Shown here: piece after piece, positions 20,532 through 29,738 of the stretch
Layout of the letters: each line of letters opens with the position of its first letter
Position numbering within the stretch: the stretch's first letter is position 1
DNA from: Candidatus Magasanikiibacteriota bacterium
GTDB taxonomy: Bacteria; Patescibacteriota; Patescibacteriia; Magasanikbacterales; GWA2-37-8
Assembly (NCBI GenBank): GCA_023246655.1
Contig: JAHFHX010000005.1
Span: 67 to 64,066, forward strand
DNA length: 64,000 nucleotides
Reading direction: 5' to 3'
Translations under genes and position numbers: made by a program
Notes under the pieces: generated by a model
What the model was told of the DNA's origin: nothing
Databases searched by the model: none
What the model saw: only the letters and a program-made list of their open reading frames with translations

Positions 20532-21914
20532 ATGAAAAATAATAACTTTAAGAAATTTTGGAAACTCGGAAAAAAAGAAATTAATACACAATATTTTGAT
20601 ATTAATAAAGACGGGGATTTAATTATCTTTGAGGGTAATTATCAGTACAATGTGCGGGAGTTAGCAGAAAAATACGGTACGCCACTCAAGGTAATGTTGC
20701 CATACATTATTGAACAGCGCGTGGAGGACATGATGGACATGTTTGCGGATGTTATTCGCGAGTATAAATATCGCGGCCAGTTTTATTATCACTATCCCAT
20801 GAAAGTGAATCAAAGCCGGGAGTTTGTTTTGCCGCTTATTTCCGAAGGTGCTAACTTAGAAACAACCTCTGCTAATGAGTTGTGGGTGGCAAAGCGCATG
20901 TGGCAGCAAAATCGGTTTAATTCACGCATCAAAGTTATCTGCAATGGTCCGAAGACCGAAGAATATGTCAGCTTAATTGCCGAGCTCAAGGATAACGGGC
21001 TTGATATTGTTCCGATTATTGAAGATTTAGAAGAAGCTGAAGCGCTCAAAAGTTTCCGCGGCCAGGTTGGTGTGCGGTTTGACAACGATATTAAAGTAGA
21101 ATCGCACTGGGATAAAAAAATTGAGCGTTTTGGGCTCAGCCTCGATGAATTATGGACGCTCGGTAAAATAAAAAATCTTACCATGCTTCACTATCACCTG
21201 GGTTGTGAAGTAAAGCGAGAGCGTTATTTTATACAATCCCTCCGGAAAGCCATGGATGTCTACGCCCGTCTTAAAAAAATTAACCCCTCTCTGGATACCA
21301 TTAACATTGGTGGCGGGTTTCGTGCCAATTACTATCGTGATCCCCGCGGCGGCTATTCATATTCCATGAACAACGTGGTGCGGGGCATTATTAAATTCTT
21401 AACTCATTTCTGCGCCGAGCAGGATATCCCGCATCCGAATATTATTAATGAATGGGGATCGTATATTGCCGCCCCTGCTCAAATTACAGTGTACTCGGTG
21501 TTGTCGAAGAAACACATTCCTAATTCCACCGCCAAGCAGTGGTATATTATTAACGGCAGTCTCCAAACACAGCTTCTTGATACTTGGGCAATTCATAAGC
21601 AATGGCATATTGTGCCGGTAAACAATGCCCGCGCCCCCAAACTCACCCGTACCTGGCTCGCGGGCCTCTCCTGTGACGCTGATGATAAATATACTGCTGG
21701 GGGGAGCTACATCTTGTTGCCCCGGTTGGAAGACTTAGAAATAGGTGAAAAACAACATATCGCCGTTTTAGACACGGGCAATTATCAAGACGGTTTTTCT
21801 AATCATCATTGTCTAAATGCCGCCCCCGCCAGGGTCGTCTGCCAGGACGGCGATGTGAAGCTGATCCGTAAACGCGAATCACCAGAAGAAATTGGAAAGA
21901 TGTTTGGATGGTAG
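20532..21914 (+). CDS. speA: SpeA-like biosynthetic arginine decarboxylase (PLP-dependent, short form)
   Basis: YPMKVNQ motif (SpeA YPIKVNQ), alanine-racemase-like TIM barrel blocks; 460 aa. Confidence 0.65.
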   Translation: MKNNNFKKFWKLGKKEINTQYFDINKDGDLIIFEGNYQYNVRELAEKYGTPLKVMLPYIIEQRVEDMMDMFADVIREYKYRGQFYYHYPMKVNQSREFVLPLISEGANLETTSANELWVAKRMWQQNRFNSRIKVICNGPKTEEYVSLIAELKDNGLDIVPIIEDLEEAEALKSFRGQVGVRFDNDIKVESHWDKKIERFGLSLDELWTLGKIKNLTMLHYHLGCEVKRERYFIQSLRKAMDVYARLKKINPSLDTINIGGGFRANYYRDPRGGYSYSMNNVVRGIIKFLTHFCAEQDIPHPNIINEWGSYIAAPAQITVYSVLSKKHIPNSTAKQWYIINGSLQTQLLDTWAIHKQWHIVPVNNARAPKLTRTWLAGLSCDADDKYTAGGSYILLPRLEDLEIGEKQHIAVLDTGNYQDGFSNHHCLNAAPARVVCQDGDVKLIRKRESPEEIGKMFGW

Positions 21915-21961
21915 ACCGCGCAATTTGACACCCATTTGTTGTCGTAGTATAGTTTCAGCAT

Positions 21962-22219
21962 ATGAACGAAGATAAAGTCATTCAAAAATTATTGGAACAT
22001 GATGACCGGTTTGAACGAATGGAACAGAAGCTTGAGAACACTGCAACGAGGGACGAGTTGCGGGAGATAAAAACCATTCTTGAATCGGTAGCGGTTGATG
22101 TTAAAAAGATTCGCGAAGATCATCTTTTCGTATTGGAATGGATGAAACGGCTTCAAGATAAAGTTGACCAGCAAGAGGAAGAGATTCGAAGGATAAAAAT
22201 GCAACTCAAGATGGCATAA
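21962..22219 (+). CDS. coiled-coil hypothetical protein
   Basis: 85-aa charged heptad-rich ORF followed by terminator. Confidence 0.35.
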   Translation: MNEDKVIQKLLEHDDRFERMEQKLENTATRDELREIKTILESVAVDVKKIREDHLFVLEWMKRLQDKVDQQEEEIRRIKMQLKMA

Positions 22220-22233
22220 AAAATTACAGAAAC

Positions 22234-22262
22234 AAAAAACCCGCTGATGAGGCGGATTTTTT
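22234..22262. terminator. bidirectional terminator (cccgc-tgatgag-gcgg, A-run and T-run)
   Basis: Immediately precedes conserved boundary motif 22257-22292. Confidence 0.5.
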
Positions 22263-22292
22263 GTCTCGTTTGTGCACAAGGTGAGATGCCGG
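22257..22292. repeat. conserved island-boundary motif ttttttgtctcgtttgtgcacaaggtgagatgccgg
   Basis: Reappears at 34917-34990 with a 36-bp palindromic insertion; both copies sit 3' of GC-rich minus-strand cargo. Confidence 0.7.
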
Positions 22293-22355
22293 AGATTCAT
22301 GCCGGCTCATGGGGTGACGAACCAGGATTCGTCGTCCTCTCCTTTTTGTCGCTGG

Positions 22356-22796
22356 TTACTCGGTGTCCGGGTAGACCAGGCACGTGGGGTCGTCGAGCGG
22401 GATGAAGGGCAGATGCATGGAATGCACCAGCAATCCTTCCGGTCCGGTCTCGAAGGTGTGAAGTGTGCCGCGCGGCATCCACACGCGCATGCCGGGGACG
22501 AGCTCGTGCTCCATGAGTTCGCCGTTGCGTTCCGCCTTGAACTGGCCGCCGCCGGAGATGATCGAAACGATACGATCGCTCTTCGGGTGCAAGTGGAGCC
22601 GCTCGCCCTCGACGTATCCAGCCGGGAACTTGATGAAAAGTTCCCCAACCAGCCCTTCCCGGATGATCCAGGCCGTCATGTAGCTCTCGTAGTACACCCT
22701 TCCTCTGTTGAGCGACGGAACCGGCAACCGTTCCAAATACTCAATGAAGTTTCCGTTTTCCCACCTGCGGGCGATTTCTTCGCTGAGGTTGGTCAT
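22356..22796 (-). CDS. cupin domain protein (GC-rich, Shine-Dalgarno-bearing)
   Basis: Cupin motifs HLHP...E...G and PRGTLHTFE; aggagg 5 nt upstream of ATG; GC visibly above native background. Confidence 0.7.
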   Translation of the reverse strand: MTNLSEEIARRWENGNFIEYLERLPVPSLNRGRVYYESYMTAWIIREGLVGELFIKFPAGYVEGERLHLHPKSDRIVSIISGGGQFKAERNGELMEHELVPGMRVWMPRGTLHTFETGPEGLLVHSMHLPFIPLDDPTCLVYPDTE

Positions 22797-22804
22797 GCTA
22801 CCTC

Positions 22805-23176
22805 CTACCGGTAAGGGTGATCTTTCAATTCAGGCGGTGACGTCGGCGGCCTGAATTTTTTTTCCAACCACCTTCGCCAGGGCCCGTGATAATGATCCCC
22901 TGAAGCACTAGGGAATCTCACGTTAAGTAGAGCCATATAAAGGAACAGAAAACCAATAACTAAAATTAAGAAAGACAGGCTCTTAATCCCCTCGGGGAAC
23001 CAAGGCTGGTGGGTCGCCCATGCCAAAAGATTTAGCGGGACTCCCACTTCCAAAATAAAAATAAAGATGTCGGCGAAGCCCTTGTGGTTGGCCCAGACAT
23101 AGGCCGCCACCGGTATAAGCTTGATACAACACACGAAGATGATGCTCCGCGCGATACTACGAATGCGTTCGCTCAT
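22805..23176 (-). CDS. small multi-TM membrane protein
   Basis: Start at internal Met MSERIRS; 3-4 predicted TM helices; part of island 1. Confidence 0.4.
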   Translation of the reverse strand: MSERIRSIARSIIFVCCIKLIPVAAYVWANHKGFADIFIFILEVGVPLNLLAWATHQPWFPEGIKSLSFLILVIGFLFLYMALLNVRFPSASGDHYHGPWRRWLEKKFRPPTSPPELKDHPYR

Positions 23177-23313
23177 GGCTGTCTCCTTGTTTTGGTTCGT
23201 TTGAACACTACACCATACTACATTTTTTGTCAATACTTTTCTACATAATCTTATCCACAGATAGAGTAAAAATTATAGCATTATTCACATTATTTTAGCT
23301 AAATTATAAGTAC

Positions 23314-23342
23314 TTGACAAAATACCAGCATTATTATAAAAT
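23314..23342 (+). promoter_or_regulatory. sigma70-type promoter TTGACA-17-TAAAAT for TrmB-family gene
   Basis: Consensus hexamers with 17-nt spacer, about 45 nt upstream of ATG 23387. Confidence 0.5.
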
Positions 23343-23386
23343 AAAAATGTAGTAATTTTTCTACAACATTTATTTAAAAAACAACT

Positions 23387-24118
23387 ATGATCACCGCCCC
23401 ACAATTAGAAGAATTTGGGCTTAGCTTAAAGGAAGCTCAGGTCTATTTAGCCTCCCTGCAATTAGGCCCGGCGAGCGTGCAAGCTCTCGCGGAGCAGGCG
23501 GCCATTCACCGCGTTTCTACCTACGATATTATCCAATCGTTAATCGAAAAGGGGTTTGTTCACCAAACCGCTCAAGGCAAAAAACGGCATTTAGAAGCAG
23601 TCGCGCCCGACAAGGTACTGCTCTCGCTCCGCGCCAAGGAAACGTCGTTTCTTAATTTGCTCCCGGAATTAAAGGCCATTGCCTGTAAAGGCGCCAGCAA
23701 GCCCAAGGTTATGTATTTTGAGGGCAGAGACACCGTGTGGAAAGCGTATCTCGATAGAATTAGGCACGACACCAGTGATAAGGAAAATTTGGTGTATGGC
23801 ACGTCCACGGAATTATTAACCACCTACCCCAAAGAATACGAACAATTCACCAAAGAACGATTGGCGCGGGGCATCAAAGCCAGAATCATCGTGGAAAAAT
23901 CAGCCTACGGCATGGTAGAAGCCAAACGCGCCAAAGACGAACTACGCGAAGTAAAATTTTTGCCCGAAGGTAAAAAATTTAAAACCCACACCGTTATCTA
24001 CGGCAATCGCGTTATGACCGTATCGTGGGAGAGCATGATTTTGGTAATTATTGAAGATCAAGCGAATGCAGATAATCAACGTTTAGTTTGGGAGATGTTG
24101 TGGAATAGTTTGAAATAG
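23387..24118 (+). CDS. TrmB family transcriptional regulator
   Basis: N-terminal wHTH (LKEAQVYLASLQLGPASVQALAEQAAIHRVSTYDIIQSLIEKGFV) plus C-terminal TrmB-like domain. Confidence 0.7.
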   Translation: MITAPQLEEFGLSLKEAQVYLASLQLGPASVQALAEQAAIHRVSTYDIIQSLIEKGFVHQTAQGKKRHLEAVAPDKVLLSLRAKETSFLNLLPELKAIACKGASKPKVMYFEGRDTVWKAYLDRIRHDTSDKENLVYGTSTELLTTYPKEYEQFTKERLARGIKARIIVEKSAYGMVEAKRAKDELREVKFLPEGKKFKTHTVIYGNRVMTVSWESMILVIIEDQANADNQRLVWEMLWNSLK

Positions 24119-24158
24119 TTATTTTCGCTTGCCTTTTTGGCTGAATTTGTTAGAATGG

Positions 24159-24264
24159 AACACAGATTACACAGATTGACGACGAGGATTACGCAGATGT
24201 GATCCGTCAATTACCTCCGTCTTCACAATCTGTGTAGCTTACTTTAATCAGCGTAATCTGTGTT
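24159..24264. repeat. repeat family F (cacagattacgcagat / aatcagcgtaatctgtgttatg)
   Basis: Palindromic copies; 22-mer aatcagcgtaatctgtgttatg also immediately precedes ruvC ATG (18138-18159). Confidence 0.7.
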
Positions 24265-25371
24265 ATGAACAAAAAAATTCTCTCCGAACTCTCCCCCGGT
24301 CTGCGCAAACTCATTGTTACCGACACCACTTCCAAAACCAATCGCATCGCCGGCATCCACGCGCATACTTCCAAAGCCAAAAGCCCAGTTTCCACATATG
24401 CCATGGAAACATTACAACACCTTAACGGCGGTTCCACACTCAACGCCGCACTTTGGCTTAAGGAACATCTCGATAATGGCGGCAAGCTCGTGGTTACGCT
24501 CGCGGGTGCTTTGAGTTCGTTCCAAATTGGTGTTATGCTTGCGGAACTCATTCGCCAAGGCAAAGTTCATCTCATCTCGGCAACGGGCGCTAACCACGAA
24601 GAATCGTATTACCGCTACGTCGCGCACTCCCATTACGCCTACATTCCCCGCTACACCGAGCTCACTCCCGAGCAAGAAGCCGAACTGCGCGACGCGGGCC
24701 TCCGCCGCATCACTGATACTTTTCTCCCCGAAGATGAATCCGTCCGCATCATGGAGCCGCACCTCCTTAAAATGTGGAAGGAAGCCGAAAAAAAAGGCAA
24801 GCGCTATTTCCCCCACGAATATTTCCGTCGCCTCTTCTCCGAAGGTCTTATTAAGCCCGACAAAGGCGCCAACCCAGCCGACTGCTGGACGTACGAAGCG
24901 TACAAAAAAAATGTTCCCACTGTCATCCCGGGCTTTGAAGACTCCACCATGGGAAATATCTTCGCGAGCTACGTCTACAATGGCCCGCATAAAAAGAAAG
25001 AGGATACGAGCGTCAGTGGTAGTGTGATGAAAACCGGCCTAGAATATTTTGGCTTTCTCTACGATTGGTATCAAGCTGAATCAGCCAATGCCCCGATTGC
25101 ATTTCTCCAACTCGGTGGTGGCATTGCCGCTGATTTCCCCATCTGCGTGGTTCCATCTCTCAAACATGATCTTAAATTAAAAAAAGTTCGTGACTGGGCT
25201 GGGTTTATTGAAATCGGCTCCAGCCCCATGTCCTACGGTTCCTACTCTGGCGCCGGCGGCAAAGAAAAAATTACGTGGGATAAGTTATCCACGAAGAGTT
25301 ATTACCAGATTATTCAGAGTGATGTGACTGTAGCGTTTCCGTGGATTGCGGCGGTGTTACTTGGGCTATAG
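24265..25371 (+). CDS. deoxyhypusine synthase family protein (homospermidine synthase-like)
   Basis: Blocks VVTLAGALSS, ISATGANHEE, QLGGGIAADF, ITWDKL, FPWIAAVLLG align to the DHS NAD-binding core. Confidence 0.75.
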   Translation: MNKKILSELSPGLRKLIVTDTTSKTNRIAGIHAHTSKAKSPVSTYAMETLQHLNGGSTLNAALWLKEHLDNGGKLVVTLAGALSSFQIGVMLAELIRQGKVHLISATGANHEESYYRYVAHSHYAYIPRYTELTPEQEAELRDAGLRRITDTFLPEDESVRIMEPHLLKMWKEAEKKGKRYFPHEYFRRLFSEGLIKPDKGANPADCWTYEAYKKNVPTVIPGFEDSTMGNIFASYVYNGPHKKKEDTSVSGSVMKTGLEYFGFLYDWYQAESANAPIAFLQLGGGIAADFPICVVPSLKHDLKLKKVRDWAGFIEIGSSPMSYGSYSGAGGKEKITWDKLSTKSYYQIIQSDVTVAFPWIAAVLLGL

Positions 25372-25390
25372 AAGCGGATAAGCGCGGAGG

Positions 25391-25465
25391 CAACAACCCC
25401 CCCGAGGGGGGGGCTACGGGGTGTCACAATTCCCCGCCCAAGCGGGGAATCCAGTGAGCGAATTG
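25391..25465. repeat. partial family B palindrome (cccccccgagggggggg ... ttccccgcccaagcggggaatcc)
   Basis: Related to 54084-54196, 56114-56226 and 58997-59112. Confidence 0.5.
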
Positions 25466-25595
25466 TTGATATGATTGAGCGACGGACAAAATGAACGAAT
25501 TGTTACGCAAAGGACTTGCGCTCTCCTGTTTCCCTCGAGAGAGGGATGATAACGCGAATTTGCGAACTCAAACCTCATAATTTCTTATATAAAAT

Positions 25596-25991
25596 ATGCT
25601 CCTAGTAAAAACAAAAATCGGACCCAGTAAAATTCAAGGCTCCGGACTTTTTGCTGCGGAGTTTATCTCTAAAGGCACACTAATTTGGAAGTTCGCGCCT
25701 GGTTTTGATATGGCAATTGACAAAACTGAAGTAGAAAAGTTACCAGAAATTGCTCGAAAAACTTTTTTAAGATATGCACCGCTCCACCCGATAATGAAAA
25801 AATACATACTATCGTTTGATGATGCTCGTTTTTTCAACCATTCAGAAAATCCAAATGTGGAAAGCACCTGGCCAAATGGCTCTGAGGCAACCGATGTGGC
25901 TGTAGCAGCGCGAGATATTGAAGAAGGGGAGGAGCTAACGGAGAATTATAAAGAGTATGATGCAACTTTTGATTATAAAATGAAGAATTAA
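25596..25991 (+). CDS. SET domain-containing protein
   Basis: GSGLFAAEFISKGTLI, RFFNHSENPN and C-terminal EL..NY motifs of SET methyltransferases. Confidence 0.75.
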   Translation: MLLVKTKIGPSKIQGSGLFAAEFISKGTLIWKFAPGFDMAIDKTEVEKLPEIARKTFLRYAPLHPIMKKYILSFDDARFFNHSENPNVESTWPNGSEATDVAVAARDIEEGEELTENYKEYDATFDYKMKN

Positions 25992-25994
25992 TTT

Positions 25995-26846
25995 ATGTCA
26001 AAAAATGTCACCCTCGGCCTCATTCAAATGCAGTGTAGTACCGACCCTAAGGAAAATTTAGTCAAAGGTCTCAAAAAGGCAGAAGAGTGCATCGCCAAAG
26101 GCGCACAAATTGTAGTCTTGCCAGAACTTTTTTTGTCGCACTATTTTTGCCAAGGGCCAAAGGATAAAAAATATTTTGATCTGGCGGGGCCAATCCCTGG
26201 CCCGACCACCGCAGCCTTCGGCGAATTGGCAAAGAAAAATAAGGTGGTAGTAGTCTGTTCATTATTTGAAAAATCCCAAGCAGGAAAATTTTTTAACACG
26301 ATCGCTGTAATCGGAGTAAATGGAGAGGTAATGGGTACGTATCGAAAAATACACATCCCGTCGCTGCCACCAGATTTTTACGCCGAGAATTATTATTTTG
26401 AACCGGGTTCAGAAACCAAAGTGTTTAAAACACCGTATGCCACAATCGGCACGTTAATTTGCTACGACCAATGGTTTCCCGAGGTGGCCCGGATGGCAAC
26501 CGTACAGGGCGCACAGATTTTATTGTATCCAACCGCCATTGGATGGACCCCCGCCCAGCTTAGTTCCCGGGGCCCAGCGGAGTATGAAGCTTGGCAAATA
26601 ACACAACGAAGCCACGGCATTGATAACAATGTGTTTGTGGCGGCCGTGAATAGGGTTGGACAAGAAAAAGATCTCAAGTTTTGGGGAACGTCGTTCGTGA
26701 GTGACCCGTATGGGCAAGTTTTGGTAAAAGCCTCTCTTGACAAAGAAGAAAACATTATTATTACCATTGATCTTGGTGTCATTGACGAAATGCGTCGGGA
26801 ATGGCCGTTTTTGGATGAGCGGCGGATTAAAGTGGAAAACGCCTAA
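25995..26846 (+). CDS. aguB: N-carbamoylputrescine amidase (carbon-nitrogen hydrolase)
   Basis: C-N hydrolase catalytic E..K..C (ICYDQWFPE); directly precedes agmatine deiminase. Confidence 0.75.
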   Translation: MSKNVTLGLIQMQCSTDPKENLVKGLKKAEECIAKGAQIVVLPELFLSHYFCQGPKDKKYFDLAGPIPGPTTAAFGELAKKNKVVVVCSLFEKSQAGKFFNTIAVIGVNGEVMGTYRKIHIPSLPPDFYAENYYFEPGSETKVFKTPYATIGTLICYDQWFPEVARMATVQGAQILLYPTAIGWTPAQLSSRGPAEYEAWQITQRSHGIDNNVFVAAVNRVGQEKDLKFWGTSFVSDPYGQVLVKASLDKEENIIITIDLGVIDEMRREWPFLDERRIKVENA

Positions 26847-26851
26847 CGTAT

Positions 26852-27862
26852 ATGTTTTATCAAATGCCCGCCGAATGGGAACCGCACGAAGCCACCTGGC
26901 TCGCCTGGCCGCACCTCAAAAGTCACTGGCCTGGAAAATTTGAACCAATTCCGTACGTCTACGCCGAAATTATTCGCGCCCTCTCTGGCAGTGAAATGGT
27001 ATACTTGTGCGTGAATGATAAAAAAATGGAAGCTGAAGCGCGTGCAATTCTCAAGGAAAAAGCAGTACCAACCGATCATGTAAAATTTTTTTACATCCCC
27101 ACCAACGCCTCCTGGAGCCGCGACCACGGCCCTATTTTTGTTAGAAATGAAAAAGGGAAACGGATCATTTCCGATTGGGATTACAACGCATGGGGCGGTC
27201 AGTGGGAATACGACCTTGATGATGTCGTACCACAAAAAATCGGCAAACTCCTCAACATCCCGGTTATACAAACCCACCGCGTACTCGAAGGCGGGTCAAT
27301 CGATGTGAACGGGAAAGGCTCCCTTCTTACTACCACACAATGTCTCCTCAACAAAAACCGCAACCCGGACGCGAATCAACAAGATATTGAAAACTTTCTC
27401 AAAGAATTTTTAGGCGCGACCAATATTCTCTGGCTCAAAGATGGCGTCGCTGGCGATGATACCAGCGGCCACATTGATGATTTTGCCCGGTTTGTGAATG
27501 AAACAACGGTTGTCTGCGGGCTCGAGAAAGGCAAAAATGACGAAAATTACCAAGCGCTCAAAAATAATTTTGAAGCACTTCAAACCATGAAAGATCAAGA
27601 CGGTAAGGAACTCACGGTTATTGCTATGCCTATGCCCTCTCCCGTAGTTTACGAAAATCGCCGGCTCCCGGCCAGCTATGCCAATTTTTATATCAGTACC
27701 AAAGCAGTCTTAGTCCCCACGTTCCGCTGCCCAGAGGATGAAAAAGCGTTCGAGACTCTTGGACCGTATTTTCCAGACAGAAAAATAATCGGAGTTGACT
27801 GTACTGATCTGGTGTGGGGGCTGGGGACGATTCATTGTTCAACCCAACAGATGCCGAGATAA
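26852..27862 (+). CDS. aguA: agmatine deiminase
   Basis: MPAEWEPHEATWLAWPH N-terminus, catalytic GTIHCSTQQ. Confidence 0.9.
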   Translation: MFYQMPAEWEPHEATWLAWPHLKSHWPGKFEPIPYVYAEIIRALSGSEMVYLCVNDKKMEAEARAILKEKAVPTDHVKFFYIPTNASWSRDHGPIFVRNEKGKRIISDWDYNAWGGQWEYDLDDVVPQKIGKLLNIPVIQTHRVLEGGSIDVNGKGSLLTTTQCLLNKNRNPDANQQDIENFLKEFLGATNILWLKDGVAGDDTSGHIDDFARFVNETTVVCGLEKGKNDENYQALKNNFEALQTMKDQDGKELTVIAMPMPSPVVYENRRLPASYANFYISTKAVLVPTFRCPEDEKAFETLGPYFPDRKIIGVDCTDLVWGLGTIHCSTQQMPR

Positions 27863-27870
27863 TTTAAGCA

Positions 27871-27912
27871 AAATTACAAAATCCGAGTTTTTAGCTCGGA
27901 TTTTGTAATTCT
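27871..27912. terminator. bidirectional terminator hairpin acaaaatccgag-tttttag-ctcggattttgt
   Basis: 12-bp stem between convergent aguA(+) and ORF 27891-28172(-). Confidence 0.55.
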
Positions 27913-28172
27913 CGTGGGGCCATGTATTGCCATAAAAATACATCTAGTGAATCAGCAGTTACGGTCTGTTTTTCACCAGTTTCAGTATTTTCACAGTGAA
28001 TAGTCACTTCTACTTTTTGCTCGTTATTATATCCAAAATTTAGAATTTCTCCGCGTTCCCATTTTCCACTTTTTCGTTTGACCCATATGCGGCCACGCTC
28101 CTTTAGGCGCTCTACTGCTTCTAACATTTTATCTCCAGCGTATGGCCTAGCAGCATCTAGTGGTTTCTCCAT
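27891..28172 (-). CDS. hypothetical protein
   Basis: 93-aa ORF convergent with aguA. Confidence 0.3.
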   Translation of the reverse strand: MEKPLDAARPYAGDKMLEAVERLKERGRIWVKRKSGKWERGEILNFGYNNEQKVEVTIHCENTETGEKQTVTADSLDVFLWQYMAPRELQNPS

Positions 28173-28190
28173 AAGTAAATTACTAGGTAA

Positions 28191-29180
28191 TTAAATTATT
28201 TTTTGTGGTTTTATTTTTTTAAATCTCCTTATAAATCCCTGTACACCGTTTTGATCCATCATCCCGGCCTGTGGCCCGTGTTGTTGCACCACATTACACG
28301 CATTGGCCGTGCCCCATTCGAGCGCATGGGGGATATCGTGTCCAAAATGCCTGGCCGCGATGTAAGCTGAAGAAAATGCGTCCCCAGCGCCGGTTTTCGC
28401 TACTACTTCAACAGGGTACGGATCCAAGTGCCATAATTCGTCTCTGTCACCCGCCCAGGCACCTCGTTTGGCGTCTGTCAGTGCGACTTCTCTAACCCCC
28501 ATCCCTAAAAGTTCGTGAATCACTGCCGTAATACTTTTTTCTTCTTCCTCCGTCCGCCCTAAAATTTTTTCGGCTTCTTCTTTATTAACGATCAAGAGAT
28601 CCGCTCGGCGTACCACATCACGTAAGGTCGTCAAAGCGTATTTAAGCAGGTACGAACCAGGGTTGATCGCCAATTTAATCGTCGGGTGGTCCATTAAAAG
28701 TTTTATAAGAGCCGTCTGTACTGTATCGTGGCCTTCACTTAGTCCCGTGTAATAAATCCATTCAGTCGCCGGAAAGGGTTGCGGCCATTGGTAGTTTTTT
28801 TTGTCAGTGTAGGACAATATTGTCCGTTCCTGTTTGTAATTTAAAATTATGGAATACCGAGTTTTGGCATCCTTATCAAACGTAATATAATCAGTATTTA
28901 CGTTCTGTTTTTTAAGTTCCTCAATCGCACTTTGTCCATTCATATCACCACCGACGGTGCTCACGACCGCCGTAGTCAGCCCAAGTTTTTGCGCTCCCAC
29001 CGCGACATTGGGCGCGTTACCACCCAGAGCTTGGAAACTATCAACAATCGGAATTTTAGCGCCATAATCCAGGCATAGTTCCATCTCCTTAAGTTCGGCA
29101 ACCTGACATTCCGCGCAGGAATCATCAATTTGAATGTGAGTATCAATGACGGGGTCGCCAATCGCGATTAAGTTATACAT
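28191..29180 (-). CDS. PfkB family carbohydrate kinase
   Basis: GG motif ALGGNAPN near N-terminus and TGAGDAF signature near C-terminus. Confidence 0.8.
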   Translation of the reverse strand: MYNLIAIGDPVIDTHIQIDDSCAECQVAELKEMELCLDYGAKIPIVDSFQALGGNAPNVAVGAQKLGLTTAVVSTVGGDMNGQSAIEELKKQNVNTDYITFDKDAKTRYSIILNYKQERTILSYTDKKNYQWPQPFPATEWIYYTGLSEGHDTVQTALIKLLMDHPTIKLAINPGSYLLKYALTTLRDVVRRADLLIVNKEEAEKILGRTEEEEKSITAVIHELLGMGVREVALTDAKRGAWAGDRDELWHLDPYPVEVVAKTGAGDAFSSAYIAARHFGHDIPHALEWGTANACNVVQQHGPQAGMMDQNGVQGFIRRFKKIKPQKII

Positions 29181-29192
29181 ATATGTACGAAT

Positions 29193-29724
29193 ATACGAAA
29201 TAATACGAACTTACGAACTACGAACACACCATGCATGATGTGCTAATTTAGAAACAAAATACTTACGAACTACGAACAAATTAATATTCATTAATTACTC
29301 TTTTAATTACAACTCCACGGTAAGTAAAACAGGCGATAATAGCTAATTTTAAGTTGAGCGCGGACAAGTATTGTTTTGTTTGTTCAATGACAGAAGCTGA
29401 AATAAATTCGCCGCGCTTTAATTCTAAAACAATTTTATTTTCAATCAAAAAATCAAGAAAATATTTACCGACAATTTCATTTTCGTACCGGAGAGGTACA
29501 TAAACTTGTTCGCCAAAGATAAGGTGTCTGTATCCTAGCCCAATGCCAACGGCTTTCTGGTAATATTTCTCTTGATGTCCGCCGCCAAGGCGTTTAGAGA
29601 CATCGATTAAAATGCCGTTAATAATAAAACTCAACTCTGGAAATAGTAAATCTTTTTTATTTACTACATATTGTTTCCCTCCACCAGGCATATTCGTAGT
29701 TCGTAAGTTCGTATTATTTCGTAT
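29193..29724. mobile_element. IR-flanked cassette carrying a GxxExxY-family ORF (tacgaa-type IRs)
   Basis: 33-bp IR atacgaaataatacgaacttacgaactacgaa (29193-29225) and its reverse complement at 29692-29724. Confidence 0.7.
29281..29691 (-). CDS. GxxExxY family protein
   Basis: GHQEKYY (GxxExxY) motif; homolog of ORF 18694-19107. Confidence 0.7.
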   Translation of the reverse strand: MPGGGKQYVVNKKDLLFPELSFIINGILIDVSKRLGGGHQEKYYQKAVGIGLGYRHLIFGEQVYVPLRYENEIVGKYFLDFLIENKIVLELKRGEFISASVIEQTKQYLSALNLKLAIIACFTYRGVVIKRVINEY

Positions 29725-29738
29725 GTTCGGATATAGTT

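Noticed and set aside
22272-22814. 180-aa plus-strand ORF in GC-rich island 1
   Set aside because: Antisense to the well-supported cupin gene. High GC suppresses stop codons, and the Arg/Ala/Gly-rich low-complexity translation is typical of spurious ORFs.
24412-25027. ORFs 24412-24990(-) and 24527-25027(+) inside the DHS-like gene
   Set aside because: They overlap a gene with clear family motifs and their translations are low complexity.
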